Positions 10,294 through 21,067 of a stretch of DNA of 64,000 nt are shown here, piece after piece. The notes under the pieces were generated by a model. That model ran no database searches. It had not been told where the DNA came from and saw only the letters and a list, made by a program, of their open reading frames with translations. Within the stretch, counting starts at the first letter, position 1; the number at the start of each line of letters is the position of its first letter. The stretch spans positions 3,839 through 67,838 of the forward strand of contig JAFYHA010000141.1 of NCBI GenBank assembly GCA_017539425.1, read 5' to 3'. A program made the translations under genes and the position numbers. The DNA is from Clostridia bacterium (GTDB taxonomy: Bacteria; Bacillota; Clostridia; Oscillospirales; CAG-272).

Positions 10294-10323
10294 ATTTTAG
10301 CACGTGAAAGGGCTCTTTGTAAA
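10294..10323 (-). promoter_or_regulatory. putative sigma-A promoter of cdaA (TTTACA-18-TAAAAT)
   Basis: Minus strand reads TTTACAaagagccctttcacgtgcTAAAAT in an AT-rich stretch about 60 nt upstream of the cdaA ATG. Motif match only. Confidence 0.4.
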
Positions 10324-10365
10324 TATACTTATAGAAAATAGTATTATTAGAAAGGTCTCAGCCCG

Positions 10366-10398
10366 AAAAAGCGCCCGGAAAGACGCGGCTTTCCGGGC
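10366..10398 (-). terminator. rho-independent terminator after the aldo/keto reductase gene
   Basis: Perfect 10-bp stem GCCCGGAAAG/CTTTCCGGGC with a 6-nt loop. On the minus strand it is followed by gcTTTTT. Confidence 0.8.
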
Positions 10399-10420
10399 AC
10401 TGTATTCGCTTAAGTGAGCG

Positions 10421-11338
10421 TCAGCTCCAGATCCGGCAGATCCGGGCATACAACCCGTCTTCCGTTTTCTGCTCAAGCAAAGCCATGTTCTTGCGGATGT
10501 TCTCCGGCTTCTTTGTCCCCACGATGACCGAACTGATCCCGGGGTTTTCGTACAGAAACCTGAGGTTGATCGCCATCAGCGTCTGTATGGCCTGTTCCGG
10601 ATCCCCTCCGATCTGATCCAGGGAATCAAACAGTCTGCGCCGGACATCCTCACTCAGGCGGTCCGGAGACAGAAGAACCCTGGGCGTGAACAACCCGTTC
10701 CCCATTCCGCAGCGTACCAATACGCCGATTCCCCGCTCCCGGGCCAGAGCGATGTTTGCCTCATTGCCCCGGTTGCTCAGGTTATAGGCCATCTGCATAA
10801 CGTCAAAGTCTCCGCTGCGTATGCATTCCTCGGCCAGTTTTCCGTCTATGGACGCGCCCAGGAAACGGATCTTGCCGGCCTTTTGCGCATCTTTCATCGC
10901 ACGGACCGTTTCCCCGTTACGGATCACGGCTTCCGGGTCCGGGCCGAAATGGATCTGCATCAGGTCGATCACGTCCGTACGCAGTTTGCGAAGACTCTCG
11001 TCGATGGAACGGGTCACGGCTTCATAGGAAAAGTCGTAATAGGTCCCAGGCTCACAGCTGTGCTCCCCGCACTTGGAAGCCAGAACGAATTCATTTCTCC
11101 GTCCACTTACGAACTGCCCGATCCTCTCCTCGCTCCTGTGGTATGCGCTGGCCGTGTCGATCAGGTTCAGTCCTGCGTCAAGTGCCTCGTTCAGGACTCG
11201 GCCCGCGGTATGTTCATCCGGCCGTTCCGTATCCGTTCCCATTCCCCAGTTACGACCGATCTCCAGGGCGCCCAGCCCCAGGAACGTGACCTGTGTATGG
11301 TCCATTCTCTCTATCGTTCTTTTTTCCAATGCTCTCAT
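10421..11338 (-). CDS. aldo/keto reductase family oxidoreductase
   Basis: 305 aa. AKR-like features LNLIDTASAY, LASKCG and DLMQIHF. GGAGGTG SD upstream. Confidence 0.88.
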   Translation of the reverse strand: MRALEKRTIERMDHTQVTFLGLGALEIGRNWGMGTDTERPDEHTAGRVLNEALDAGLNLIDTASAYHRSEERIGQFVSGRRNEFVLASKCGEHSCEPGTYYDFSYEAVTRSIDESLRKLRTDVIDLMQIHFGPDPEAVIRNGETVRAMKDAQKAGKIRFLGASIDGKLAEECIRSGDFDVMQMAYNLSNRGNEANIALARERGIGVLVRCGMGNGLFTPRVLLSPDRLSEDVRRRLFDSLDQIGGDPEQAIQTLMAINLRFLYENPGISSVIVGTKKPENIRKNMALLEQKTEDGLYARICRIWS

Positions 11339-11598
11339 GCTACACCTCCAGAAGTCAAAAAAAGCCCGCCGAGCCGTGTGCCCTAAATGATTGAACCCTG
11401 TTTTTTTAAGGGCGGTACCATAGCTTCACTTTATCGCTCCCTTCGTCGGCTGACCGGATAGGACAAGTCAACTATTTTTCCCGGTGCCGGAGGTCTGCAA
11501 ACCATGATAGATTCTGGTTCCTTTGATCATGTTGTAGGTCCCAATATAAGGGCATCACGCACTAAGCAGGCGTAAATTTACTTTTGCTGTGACTACGA

Positions 11599-11925
11599 TC
11601 AATTGTCGTAATCGATATCCGAAGAAAACTGTTCGTCGAAATAAGCCGCGGCTTTTTCGAATTCGTCGTCGTCCTCGATGGTTTCCAGATAGTCCTCTCC
11701 GTTTTCGTCCTTGACCTGTTTCAATACGATATAATTCCATTCATCGGTATCGGATTCGGTTTCCTCTACCGGGACCATCGCATAATACAGAGTGCCGTCC
11801 AGTTCCGCTTCATCGATCACTTCGAACTCATAACTGTTCCCTTCCTCGTCGGTCAGGGTATATACGTCCGCATATTCCTCGTCATCTTCCAGTTCGTCTC
11901 TCTGGTCCTTCTTTTCATCAGCCAT
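11599..11925 (-). CDS. DUF1292 family protein
   Basis: Start moved to MADEKKDQ at 11925 (GGAGGTGA SD 6 nt upstream). Acidic small protein with the YEFEVIDEAELDGTLYYAMVPVEE and DYLETIEDDDEFEKAAAYFDE pattern typical of DUF1292. Confidence 0.82.
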   Translation of the reverse strand: MADEKKDQRDELEDDEEYADVYTLTDEEGNSYEFEVIDEAELDGTLYYAMVPVEETESDTDEWNYIVLKQVKDENGEDYLETIEDDDEFEKAAAYFDEQFSSDIDYDN

Positions 11926-12006
11926 TGGGCTCACCTCCGTTCCGGATGCGGCCGCATCCGTCAGTTCTAATTTGATTATACCATTTTCTCTGAAAAATAA
12001 CACCCG

Positions 12007-13209
12007 TTATTTCAAAAAACTTGCAGGTTCCTGTACACAGGCCAACAATTCGGACAAAATGTCGTTTTCCGTAAAGAAGAAGGGGTCCGGTATCCGGTAG
12101 ATCTCCCCTCCGTTCCGTTCCGCACAGATCAGCAGGTGCCGGTCCGCCATTGTCCTCAGTACAGGCAGAAACCGCCGTGCAAAGTGCTCTCCGAACCGCT
12201 TTTCCGCTTCTCCCATGTCCAGTCCGGTAGACAGCCTCAGCCTCAATACTGCATATTCTTCTTCCATCCGGTCATCGGAAAGTTGCTCCTCAAGGACCGG
12301 AACTGCAGTGCCGCGCAGAAACGATTCCATATCGCCTGGATAATAGAAGCGGGTGCGGCCTACCAGAGAATGCGCCGAGATTCCAAAGCCCAGATAATCC
12401 TCGCAATTCCAATACTTCAGATTGTGCCGGCACTCGCATCCGGGGCGCGCATAATTGCTCACCTCATACCGGGAAAAGCCTTCGCCCTCAAGGAACGTTC
12501 GCGCCGTATCATACATCCGCGCGACCGTGTCTTCGTCCGGGAAAACATAGGAGGCGCGGTCCCGGTACAAAGGTGTACCCTCCTCCAGTTGAAGTGCATA
12601 CACAGACAAATGTTCGGGATTCAGCCCAGTCGCCTTTCTGAGAGTAGAGAGCCAGCTTTCCTCGGTCTGACCGGGAAATCCGAACATCAGATCAAAACTG
12701 ATCCTTTCAAACCCGGCCTCCCGGGCGTTCCGCGCCAGCTGTTCAAACTGTTCCTCCGTGTGGATACGGCCCAGTGTCCGGAGCTCTCCGGGGTGTATGC
12801 TCTGTACACCCACGCTCAGGCGGTTGATGCCCAGGGTACGCATGGCTTTCAGCTTTGCCGGGCCTGCCGTAGCCGGATTACACTCGGTCGTGATCTCTGC
12901 GTCGGCGGACAGACGGACACTGTCCTGCAGGGCCGACAGGATCCGATCCCACTGCCCTTCCGATAGCAAGGTAGGCGTCCCGCCGCCAAAGAAGACGGTA
13001 TCGGCCTCCAGACTTTCCGTTTGGCTGCAGATCTCCCGGATCTGGCTGCACAGCCGTTCTGTATATGCCTCGATCCGTTCCGGAGACACACCCGGAAAGG
13101 AACAGAAATCGCAGTACAGGCATTTTTGCCTGCAAAACGGGATGTGGACATAGATCCCGACCTTGGAACCGAACGTAAGCCGGACCGGCTTCCCGTCAAT
13201 CGTCATCAT
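12007..13209 (-). CDS. hemW: radical SAM heme chaperone HemW (HemN-like, oxygen-independent coproporphyrinogen oxidase family)
   Basis: 400 aa. [16 protein letters not shown] radical-SAM motif near the N-terminus, then a GGGTPT motif. Overlaps the lepA stop by 14 nt, which matches the classical lepA-hemW linkage. Confidence 0.9.
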   Translation of the reverse strand: MMTIDGKPVRLTFGSKVGIYVHIPFCRQKCLYCDFCSFPGVSPERIEAYTERLCSQIREICSQTESLEADTVFFGGGTPTLLSEGQWDRILSALQDSVRLSADAEITTECNPATAGPAKLKAMRTLGINRLSVGVQSIHPGELRTLGRIHTEEQFEQLARNAREAGFERISFDLMFGFPGQTEESWLSTLRKATGLNPEHLSVYALQLEEGTPLYRDRASYVFPDEDTVARMYDTARTFLEGEGFSRYEVSNYARPGCECRHNLKYWNCEDYLGFGISAHSLVGRTRFYYPGDMESFLRGTAVPVLEEQLSDDRMEEEYAVLRLRLSTGLDMGEAEKRFGEHFARRFLPVLRTMADRHLLICAERNGGEIYRIPDPFFFTENDILSELLACVQEPASFLK

Positions 13210-15016
13210 CCAGTTTCAGGATTGCCATAAAGGCTTCCGGCGTCACCTGTACGGAACCCAGCTGACGCATCTTCTTCTTTCCTTCGCGCTGTTTCTCAAG
13301 CAGTTTCATCTTGCGTGTGATATCACCGCCGTAGCACTTGGCCAAAACGTCCTTCCGAAGCGCCTTCACGGTTTCACGGGCAATGATCTTGGATCCGATC
13401 GCGGCCTGGATGGGAATCTCAAACTGATGCCTGGGGATGTTATCCTTCAGCCGTTCCGCGATCCTGCGTGCCCTCGCATAGGCCTTGTCCTCATGGACGA
13501 TGAAGGACAGCGCGTCCACCTGTTCACCGTTCAAAAGAAAATCCAGCTTGACCAGTTTGCTCGGCTCATAGCCTTTCAGTTCATAATCCAGGGAGGCATA
13601 CCCGCGTGAGCGGCTCTTCAAAGCGTCAAAGAAATCATAGATGATCTCGTTGAGAGGCAGGTCGTAGTGCAGTTCCACCCGCTCGGTGTCGATATATTTC
13701 ATATCGATGAAAGTCCCTCTGCGGTCCTGGCACAGATCCATCAAACCGCCCACATATGCACTGGGCGTAATGATGTTCGCCCGGACGATCGGTTCGGAAG
13801 CCACCTGGATCTCATCGGCAGCTGGAAACCGGGAGGGATTGTCGACCATAACGGTCTCTCCGCTCTTCCGGGTGATCTGATAGATCACGCTCGGTGCGGT
13901 CGTGATCAGATCCAGATTGAATTCCCGTTCCAAGCGTTCTTCGATGATCTCCATGTGCAGAAGGCCCAGGAACCCGCACCGGAAGCCAAAGCCCAGTGCG
14001 ATCGACGTTTCCGGTTCAAAATGAAGGGAGGCGTCGTTGAGCTGCAGCTTGTTCAGTGCATCATGCAGATCCTCATACCGGGCGCCGTCCGCCGGATAGA
14101 TGCCCGCGTAAACCATGGGATGGGATTCCTTGAACCCCGGAAACGGTTCGTCGGTGGGCCTGGAGGCCAGCGTAACGGTATCTCCGACTTTCGTCTCTCC
14201 GATATTCTTGATGGAAGCCGTGATATAGCCGACTTCCCCGGCGGAGAGTTCATTTGTGGCGACCAGCCCGAACGGTTCCATCACGCCGATCTCCACGACG
14301 TCGTACTCGGCGCCCGTACTCATAAGCCGGATCCTGTCGCCGGGATGCAATACACCGTCCACAACGCGGATGTTGATGACAACCCCGAGATAGCTGTCGT
14401 AATTGGAGTCGAAGATCAGCGCTTTCAAAGGAGCAGACAGATCTCCCTTCGGGGCCGGTATGTCCGAAACGATATGCTCCAGAACGTCATTGATGTTGAT
14501 TCCCATTTTTGCGGAGACAGCCGGACATTCCTGTGCCGGAATACCGATCACGTCCTCGATCTCGTCCCGGCATTTCTGGACCATTGCGGACGGAAGGTCG
14601 ATCTTGTTGATGACCGGCAGGATCTCCAGATTGGAATCGACCGCAAGATAGGCATTGGCCAGCGTCTGCGCCTCGATTCCCTGAGTCGCATCCACGACCA
14701 GGATCGCGCCTTCGCAGGCGTTCAGCGACCGGGAAACCTCATAGTTGAAGTCCACATGGCCGGGAGTGTCGATCAGGTTCAGGATATAATCCTGCCCGTC
14801 TTTTGCCTTGTATTTCATCCGGACGGCGCGGGCCTTGATGGTGATCCCGCGTTCCCGTTCCAGATCCATCTTGTCCAGCAGCTGATTCTCCATATCCCTG
14901 ACCGCGACGGTGTTCGTAGCCTCCAGAAGGCGGTCCGCCAACGTGCTCTTTCCGTGGTCGATATGGGCGATAATTGAAAAATTGCGAATGTTAGGGATGG
15001 TTTCTTTCATAATCAT
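13196..15016 (-). CDS. lepA: translation elongation factor 4 (LepA)
   Basis: The track ORF is over-extended. The likely start is [31 protein letters not shown] at 15016 (GGAG 10 nt upstream). An ATG at 15010 is the alternative. GTPase motifs are DTPGHVDF and NKID. Confidence 0.95.
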   Translation of the reverse strand: MIMKETIPNIRNFSIIAHIDHGKSTLADRLLEATNTVAVRDMENQLLDKMDLERERGITIKARAVRMKYKAKDGQDYILNLIDTPGHVDFNYEVSRSLNACEGAILVVDATQGIEAQTLANAYLAVDSNLEILPVINKIDLPSAMVQKCRDEIEDVIGIPAQECPAVSAKMGININDVLEHIVSDIPAPKGDLSAPLKALIFDSNYDSYLGVVINIRVVDGVLHPGDRIRLMSTGAEYDVVEIGVMEPFGLVATNELSAGEVGYITASIKNIGETKVGDTVTLASRPTDEPFPGFKESHPMVYAGIYPADGARYEDLHDALNKLQLNDASLHFEPETSIALGFGFRCGFLGLLHMEIIEERLEREFNLDLITTAPSVIYQITRKSGETVMVDNPSRFPAADEIQVASEPIVRANIITPSAYVGGLMDLCQDRRGTFIDMKYIDTERVELHYDLPLNEIIYDFFDALKSRSRGYASLDYELKGYEPSKLVKLDFLLNGEQVDALSFIVHEDKAYARARRIAERLKDNIPRHQFEIPIQAAIGSKIIARETVKALRKDVLAKCYGGDITRKMKLLEKQREGKKKMRQLGSVQVTPEAFMAILKLDDDD

Positions 15017-15098
15017 ACCGTCAAAACTCCGTGCCGTGCCCGGGATACAGACGGTGCTCCTTACTTGTTTTCTTGTGTTGGAAAATGGGTGAAAAGCC

Positions 15099-15127
15099 TT
15101 GCCTTTCCTTGCCCGCACGGGTATAAT
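15099..15127 (+). promoter_or_regulatory. putative sigma-A promoter (TTGCCT-17-TATAAT) for the Gfo/Idh/MocA gene
   Basis: TTGCCTttccttgcccgcacgggTATAAT lies 30 nt upstream of the ATG at 15157. Confidence 0.55.
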
Positions 15128-15156
15128 GGGAGCAATGAACGGAAAGGATCTTATCT

Positions 15157-16173
15157 ATGTCAGATTCTGCTCATCAGATCCGCGTCGGAATCATCGGCTG
15201 CGGCATCATCTCCACCAACCATCTGGTAGCTCTGTCCAAATTGCCCTCGGTACAGTTGGCTGCCGTCTGTGACATCATTCCGGAACGGGCCGAACGGGCG
15301 GCTTCCGAATACGGCTGTGCCGCATATACGGATTACGAAGACATGATCCGGAAGGAACATCTGGATGCCGTACACATTTGCCTGCCGCATTATCTGCACT
15401 GCCCGGTTACCCTGTATGCACTCAGAAACGGTCTGGACGTGCTCTGTGAAAAACCGATGCATTCCGATCTCTCCGGTGCGGAGGAAATGGTCCGCACAGC
15501 GGAACAGACGGGCCGCAAGCTGGGCATCGTGTTCCAGAACCGGTACAACCCCGGTAGCCTGCTGGCCAAAGAAATGATCGAGGAGGGCAGTCTCGGGTAT
15601 CTGAAGGGCCTTTCCGGAACGGTCATGTGGCACAGAGACCAGTCCTACTACGACGCCGGATCCTGGCGCGGGTTCTATCGGACCGCCGGAGGAGGCGTGG
15701 TCGTGAATCAGGCCATCCATACGCTGGACCTGCTTCGCTGGCTCGCGCACAGTGATGTCTCGGATGTCAAAGCATCCGTTTCTCATCATGGGGAAACCAA
15801 CGTGGAAGTCGAGGACACCGCGGAGGGGATCATCCGCTTTGAAAGCGGCATTTCCGCCCTGTTCTTTTTCTCGGTCAACAACTGTTCGGACGATAACATC
15901 ACGGTCACGGCCTACTGTGAAAAAGGCAGCATCCGTATTCAGGGCACAAAGTGTCTGGTCAAATATAAGGACGGAACCATTGTCGAAAGTCAGCCGAATC
16001 CGGACAAATTCTACGGGGCCAAGAAGATCTACGGTCCCGGGCACAGCATCCAGATCGCAAAATTCTACGATCCGGATTGCCGGGAAGAAATCCGGAACAT
16101 GACGATGGAATCCCTCAAGACCCAGCGTCTCATGGATCAGGTCTTCCGGGCGGCGGGCAAACCCATCCAATAG
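15157..16173 (+). CDS. Gfo/Idh/MocA family NAD(P)-dependent oxidoreductase
   Basis: 338 aa. N-terminal Rossmann motif IRVGIIGCGIISTNH, and the EKP motif (VLCEKPM). Confidence 0.9.
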   Translation: MSDSAHQIRVGIIGCGIISTNHLVALSKLPSVQLAAVCDIIPERAERAASEYGCAAYTDYEDMIRKEHLDAVHICLPHYLHCPVTLYALRNGLDVLCEKPMHSDLSGAEEMVRTAEQTGRKLGIVFQNRYNPGSLLAKEMIEEGSLGYLKGLSGTVMWHRDQSYYDAGSWRGFYRTAGGGVVVNQAIHTLDLLRWLAHSDVSDVKASVSHHGETNVEVEDTAEGIIRFESGISALFFFSVNNCSDDNITVTAYCEKGSIRIQGTKCLVKYKDGTIVESQPNPDKFYGAKKIYGPGHSIQIAKFYDPDCREEIRNMTMESLKTQRLMDQVFRAAGKPIQ

Positions 16174-16180
16174 ATTTATG

Positions 16181-16208
16181 CAGAGGGCCGGACGGCCCTC
16201 TGTTTCTT
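16181..16208. terminator. stem-loop terminator between convergent genes
   Basis: CAGAGGGCC-ggac-GGCCCTCTG, followed by TTTCTT on the plus strand. It sits between the stop of the oxidoreductase (16173) and the stop of the GH3 gene (16207). Confidence 0.7.
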
Positions 16209-18102
16209 ACGGGCGGTCTGCAAACCGAACCGTCTTCTCCTCTCCGGGCTCCAGATGGATCTTTTTGAAATCCAGGAGTCTGGGCGTGCCTGTTTTGGCA
16301 AAACAGAGCACCGAATAATCCGTGGCCATTCCGCCTTTATGACGTACCGTCACCGTCTTCTCATCCGTCCAGGTTTCGGAAATGTCCGCATAGGTCAGGC
16401 CATATCCGAACGGATACACCGGTTCGCCTTTGAAATACTTGTAGGTCCTGCCTTTCATCGAGTAGTCCTCAAACGGGGGCAGGTCCTCGACCGACCGGTA
16501 GAACGTGACAGGCAGGCGGCCGCTCGGGCTGGTTTTGCCGAACAGGATGTTCGCCAGCGCACGTCCTCCCTCCGCACCCGGATAGAAACACTGCACCACT
16601 GCGTTGCAGTGTTTTTTCATATCGTTCAAGTTGACGGCAGACCCCGAAACATTGACATAGATCATAGGTTTCCCGGTTTCCAGGATTGTCTGGTAAAGAT
16701 CCCACTGGGATTCCGGCAGATCCAGGGAATGCCGGTCTCCTCCGTCTCCCTCTTCGCCCTCGATTACCGAATTCAGGCCCATGCACAGGATCACGACATC
16801 GGCTTGCCGGGCGGCCACAATCGCCGAACGCAGACCCTCGCCCGCATCCCGGCTCGGGTTCGGGTTGGTGATGTTGCAGGCCTTGTTATAGTACACCCGT
16901 CCTTCGCAGGCTTCCTGGATCCCCGCCAGAAGCGTAACATACCTGTCCATCGTACCCGCGTAATTGGCCAGCAGGACCAGTTTGTCATCCGCATTCGGGC
17001 CGACCACGGCGATCTTGAGATCCTTGCCGTTCTTCAGCGGCAGGATTCCGTCATTCTTCAGCAGAACGATGGATTCTTCCGCCATGCGCAGGTTCAGCTT
17101 GCGGTTGGCCTCGGAACACACGGTATCGTACGGAATCCGGTCGTACTCGCAATCATCGGCAAACATACCCAGGGCATACCGTGCGGTAAACAGCCTGACC
17201 ACGGATTCAGTCAGGACTTCCTCGGAAAGCAGTCCCTCCGTCACGGCGGCTTTCAGCCAGGAATAGGCGCTCCCGCAGTTCAGGTCGCATCCCCTATTGA
17301 CCGCGAGCGCGGCGCTTTCGATCCCGTTCTTCGTGACCTTGTGGTGCTGATCAAAATCACAGATCGCACCGCAGTCCGAAACGACGTACCCGTCAAACCC
17401 CCATTCACCTCTAAGTATATCCTGGAGCAGCTGGGCGCTTCCGCAGCAGGGTTCTCCGTTGACACGGTTGTACGCACCCATCACGGCAGACGGATCCGCA
17501 TGATCAATGCAATACTTGAATGCATACAGATACGTCTCGTCCATCTCTTCGCGGGAAATGTCCACGTTGAACTCGTGGCGCAGCTTTTCTGGTCCGGAAT
17601 GCACCGCAAAGTGCTTGATCGTGGCATCGACCTTACGGTATTTGCCCTCTCCCTGCAGTCCGCGGATGAATGCAGTGCCCATCCGGCCGGTCAGATACGG
17701 ATCTTCTCCGTATGTCTCATGGCCGCGTCCCCAGCGGGGATCCCGGAAAATGTTGATGTTCGGAGACCAGAACGTAAGTCCCTGGTACTGTTCGGTTTCT
17801 CCGAACTTCTTGTATTCGTTGTAGTTGGCCCGGGCTTCGTCCGAGATCGCCACGGCGACCTCGTGCAGCAATTCGTCGTTGAAACTGGCCGCCATCCCGA
17901 TGGCCTGCGGGAACACCGTGGCGGTCCCGCACCTGGCCACACCGTGAAGCGCTTCGTTCCACCAGTTGTAAGCGGGAATCCCCAGTCTGGGGATTGCAGG
18001 TGCCGTGAAGAGCATCTGTCCGCACTTCTCATCCAGGGTCATTTGCGCGACCAGCTTAACGGCCTGCTTTCTGAATTCGGTTTTATCCAACTTGAATGAC
18101 AT
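16207..18102 (-). CDS. glycoside hydrolase family 3 (beta-glucosidase/beta-xylosidase type)
   Basis: 631 aa. GH3 signatures MTLDEKCGQM, FWSPNINIFRDPRWGRGHETYGEDP and YVVSDCGAI. Last gene of the xylA-xylB cluster. Confidence 0.9.
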   Translation of the reverse strand: MSFKLDKTEFRKQAVKLVAQMTLDEKCGQMLFTAPAIPRLGIPAYNWWNEALHGVARCGTATVFPQAIGMAASFNDELLHEVAVAISDEARANYNEYKKFGETEQYQGLTFWSPNINIFRDPRWGRGHETYGEDPYLTGRMGTAFIRGLQGEGKYRKVDATIKHFAVHSGPEKLRHEFNVDISREEMDETYLYAFKYCIDHADPSAVMGAYNRVNGEPCCGSAQLLQDILRGEWGFDGYVVSDCGAICDFDQHHKVTKNGIESAALAVNRGCDLNCGSAYSWLKAAVTEGLLSEEVLTESVVRLFTARYALGMFADDCEYDRIPYDTVCSEANRKLNLRMAEESIVLLKNDGILPLKNGKDLKIAVVGPNADDKLVLLANYAGTMDRYVTLLAGIQEACEGRVYYNKACNITNPNPSRDAGEGLRSAIVAARQADVVILCMGLNSVIEGEEGDGGDRHSLDLPESQWDLYQTILETGKPMIYVNVSGSAVNLNDMKKHCNAVVQCFYPGAEGGRALANILFGKTSPSGRLPVTFYRSVEDLPPFEDYSMKGRTYKYFKGEPVYPFGYGLTYADISETWTDEKTVTVRHKGGMATDYSVLCFAKTGTPRLLDFKKIHLEPGEEKTVRFADRP

Positions 18103-18119
18103 ATCGGGTACCTCTCATT

Positions 18120-19646
18120 CTAGGATCTGGCCAGCGAGACCAGCTCGTGGCTGATCTGACGGATCGAGGCATATGCGGTCCGGTAAACGGCATACACTCT
18201 GTCAAACGGCTCGCGGTTTGCGGCGATCGGTTCCTGTGTGATCTTGGGATGGACGGCCGCTTCGCAGGCCTGCTCCACGGAAGGATACAGTCCGGCACCG
18301 ACGGCAGCCAGAAGCGCGGCACCTAACGCCCCGCCCTCATTGGACTGGAGCGTATGGACCGGGCAGTTCATGTTGTCTGCCAGCATCTGTCTCCAGAGCG
18401 GGCTGCTCGAGCCTCCGCCGCAGACCTTCATATCCGTGACGGTTACCCGGGCTCCGCCGAAGATTTCCACACAATCCCGAAGCGAATAGGTCACGCCCTC
18501 CATGACGGCACGGATCAGATGCGCACGGGTATGGGAAGCGGATAGCCCCAGGAAAGCCCCGCGGATATCGGCATCCAGATGAGGTGTCCGCTCACCCATC
18601 AGATACGGAGCATACAGCAGTCCCTCCGCACCGATCGGGATCCTGGCCGCTTCGTCATCCATGACCTGGTACGGATCCAGGTTCAGTTTGGCAGCCGTCT
18701 GGCATTCCTCCAGGCAGCAGGTGTCACGAAGCCATCTCAAAGACAGACCTGCGGCCTGCGTCACGCCCATGACATGATAGGAACCGGGAACCGCGGCGCA
18801 GAAGGAATGAATCCGTCCGCTCGGATCGACGGAAAGCTCGGTCGTGTGGGCGAACACGACCCCGCTGGTTCCTATGGTCGTAAACGCGTCCCCGTCACGG
18901 ACCACGCCGCAACCGATTGCGGAGGCCGCATTGTCCCCCGCCCCTCCGACTACGATCGTACCTGCGGAAAGGCCGGTCTGTTTCGCCACACCGGCGGTGA
19001 GCCCGCCCGTAACCTCTGCGGATTCGTACAGTTTTCCCAACAGCCCTTTGTCCAGCCCGATACGGTCCAGGACCACATCGGACCAGCACCGCTTGGCGAT
19101 GTCCATCAGCTGCATGCCGGAAGCATCCGAAACGTCCGTGGCAAACTCACCGGTCAGGCGGTAACGGATGTAATCCTTGGGCAGCAGGATCTTTCTGCAC
19201 CGTTCGAAGATCTCGGGCTCATGGTTCCGTACCCAGAGGATCTTGGATGCGGTAAACCCGGTAACGGCCGGACTCTTCGTGATATTCATCAACGTGTCTG
19301 CTCCGACCAGGTTTGTCAGCTGCACACATTCCTCGGCGGTTCTCTGGTCACACCAGATAATGGAGCGGCGAAGGACCCTACCCTCTGCATCCAGCATGAC
19401 CAGCCCGTGCATCTGTCCGGATAATCCGATCCCCCGGATCTCTTCGGCAGGAATTCCTTCGCTTACCGTGCGGAGTCCGTTCAGGGTGGCCTGCCACCAG
19501 TCTTCCGGGTCCTGCTCCGCCCAGCCGTTCTGTGGCTGATAAAGCGGATATTCCCCGGTCCAGGACCGGATCTTTTTACCGGTCTCATCAAACAGAACGG
19601 TTTTTGTGCCGGATGTTCCGACATCGATTCCAATAATATAAGCCAT
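18120..19646 (-). CDS. xylB: xylulokinase
   Basis: 508 aa FGGY kinase. MAYIIGIDVGTSGTKTVLFD, and a GGGSSSPLWRQMLADN region. Adjacent to xylA. Confidence 0.92.
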   Translation of the reverse strand: MAYIIGIDVGTSGTKTVLFDETGKKIRSWTGEYPLYQPQNGWAEQDPEDWWQATLNGLRTVSEGIPAEEIRGIGLSGQMHGLVMLDAEGRVLRRSIIWCDQRTAEECVQLTNLVGADTLMNITKSPAVTGFTASKILWVRNHEPEIFERCRKILLPKDYIRYRLTGEFATDVSDASGMQLMDIAKRCWSDVVLDRIGLDKGLLGKLYESAEVTGGLTAGVAKQTGLSAGTIVVGGAGDNAASAIGCGVVRDGDAFTTIGTSGVVFAHTTELSVDPSGRIHSFCAAVPGSYHVMGVTQAAGLSLRWLRDTCCLEECQTAAKLNLDPYQVMDDEAARIPIGAEGLLYAPYLMGERTPHLDADIRGAFLGLSASHTRAHLIRAVMEGVTYSLRDCVEIFGGARVTVTDMKVCGGGSSSPLWRQMLADNMNCPVHTLQSNEGGALGAALLAAVGAGLYPSVEQACEAAVHPKITQEPIAANREPFDRVYAVYRTAYASIRQISHELVSLARS

Positions 19647-19712
19647 ATCAATTCTCCCTCAAAAAAGCACATCGGGGTGTCTGTCAGACGCATTCCCGGT
19701 GTGCTTTGGTCA

Positions 19713-21038
19713 TCAGTGGAACAGAATCCTGTTCAGCTCGTTCTCAAGGTATTCCTGGCGTCCGCTGGAAACCGCGTCCAGCACCTCGCCGCGGTTCAGG
19801 GCATACTGCTCCAGTTCTTCGATCGTGGCTTCTCCGCTGACAATGCGGGCGCCTATGCCCTGCTTGTAGCTGGAATATCTTTCCTCCACAAACCGGTCCA
19901 GGACTCCGTCTTCGCGGATCTCAAGCGCTTTCCGCAGACCCAGCGCAAACGCATCCATTCCGGCAATATAGGAAAGGGCAATATCATCCAGGGTGAAGGA
20001 GCCCCTGCGGGCCTTGGCGTCGAAATTCAATCCTCCGTACCGGAACCCGCCGGCCTTGAGGACCTCCAGCATACACAGCGTGGTCTCGTAGACATTCGTC
20101 GGGAACTGGTCCGTATCCCATCCCAGAAGAAGGTCTCCCTGGTTGGCATCAATGGACCCGAATATACCGTTCACGCGGGCTGTGGCCAGTTCGTGTTGGA
20201 ACGTGTGTCCGGCCAAGGTGGCGTGGTTGGCCTCGATATTGACCCGGAAATCCTCAACCAGTCCGTATTTCTGCAGGAATCCGAACACCGTGGCCGTGTC
20301 GAAGTCATACTGATGCTTGGTCGGTTCCTTGGGCTTGGGTTCAATGAAAAACACACCCTTGAGGCCCTGCTTCCGGCCATAGTCTCTGGCCATCGTCAGG
20401 AATCTGGCCATATTGTCCAGTTCCAGACCCATATCCGTGTTCAGAAGCGTTTCATAGCCTTCCCGTCCACCCCAGAAGAGGTAGTTGTCCCCTCCCAGTT
20501 TCCGGGTGACCTCGATGCACTTTTTGACCTGTGCGGCGGCAAAGGCGTACACGTCCGCATAGGGTGATGTCCCAGCTCCGTGCATATACCGGGGGTGGTT
20601 GAACAGATTCGCCGTGCCCCAGAGAACTTTGGCCGGCTGGGATTTCTGCAGCTTTGCGATTTCTTCGGCAACCTCGTCCAGTTTCTCGTTGCACTCGGCC
20701 AGATCACGGCCTTCCGGGGCCAGATCGCGGTCGTGGAAGCAGAAATAATCAATGGACAGTTTGTCCATCAGTTCGAATGCGGCGCGCGCCTTGTTTTTGG
20801 CGTGCTCCATCGGATCCGTGGAACCGAACGTTTTGGTCACCGTTCCGCGGCCGAACATATCCGTGCCGTCGGCACACATCGTATGCCACCAGGACAGACT
20901 GAACCGAAGGATCTCACGCATGGTTTTTCCACCGATTTTCTCTTCCGGATTATAGTAACGGAATGAAAACGGGTTTTTAGAATCGGGTCCCTCATATTTG
21001 ATCTTGGGAACCCCGGGAAAGAAATCGGTCTTGGACAT
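19713..21038 (-). CDS. xylA: xylose isomerase
   Basis: 441 aa. [16 protein letters not shown] and [18 protein letters not shown] motifs. AAGGAGGG SD 7 nt upstream. Confidence 0.96.
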   Translation of the reverse strand: MSKTDFFPGVPKIKYEGPDSKNPFSFRYYNPEEKIGGKTMREILRFSLSWWHTMCADGTDMFGRGTVTKTFGSTDPMEHAKNKARAAFELMDKLSIDYFCFHDRDLAPEGRDLAECNEKLDEVAEEIAKLQKSQPAKVLWGTANLFNHPRYMHGAGTSPYADVYAFAAAQVKKCIEVTRKLGGDNYLFWGGREGYETLLNTDMGLELDNMARFLTMARDYGRKQGLKGVFFIEPKPKEPTKHQYDFDTATVFGFLQKYGLVEDFRVNIEANHATLAGHTFQHELATARVNGIFGSIDANQGDLLLGWDTDQFPTNVYETTLCMLEVLKAGGFRYGGLNFDAKARRGSFTLDDIALSYIAGMDAFALGLRKALEIREDGVLDRFVEERYSSYKQGIGARIVSGEATIEELEQYALNRGEVLDAVSSGRQEYLENELNRILFH

Positions 21039-21067
21039 AATAGCACCCTCCTTGTAAGGTTACATTC

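Noticed and set aside
11339-11598. T-box-like sequence TGGTACCGCC upstream of the aldo/keto reductase
   Set aside because: It only partly matches the conserved T-box 14-mer. I could not find a Stem I/specifier structure or a convincing terminator/antiterminator pair, and the downstream gene is not related to amino acids. I kept it only as an unexplained leader.
13667-14977. 436-aa plus-strand ORF (similar cases at 33871..35070, 56642..57652, 21551..22570 and 23675..24826)
   Set aside because: All are antisense to confidently assigned genes (lepA, metG, glnS, and the lipoprotein and membrane-protein genes) and have no motifs. I treat them as shadow ORFs.
15160-16170. 336-aa ORF that almost exactly mirrors the 15157..16173 gene on the opposite strand
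   Set aside because: The plus-strand product has the Gfo/Idh/MocA Rossmann start and EKP motif. The minus-strand product has no recognisable features. The near-identical boundaries come from stop-free antisense frames, not from overlapping genes.
16255-18099. 614-aa ORF on the plus strand
   Set aside because: It is antisense to the GH3 glycoside hydrolase, which has unambiguous family signatures. The composition is typical of a shadow frame.
21053-21064. TGTAAccTTACA as a CcpA cre site
   Set aside because: The canonical cre is a 14-mer with a central CG (TGTAAGCGCTTACA-like), and this repeat is 12 nt. I report it only as a generic candidate operator.
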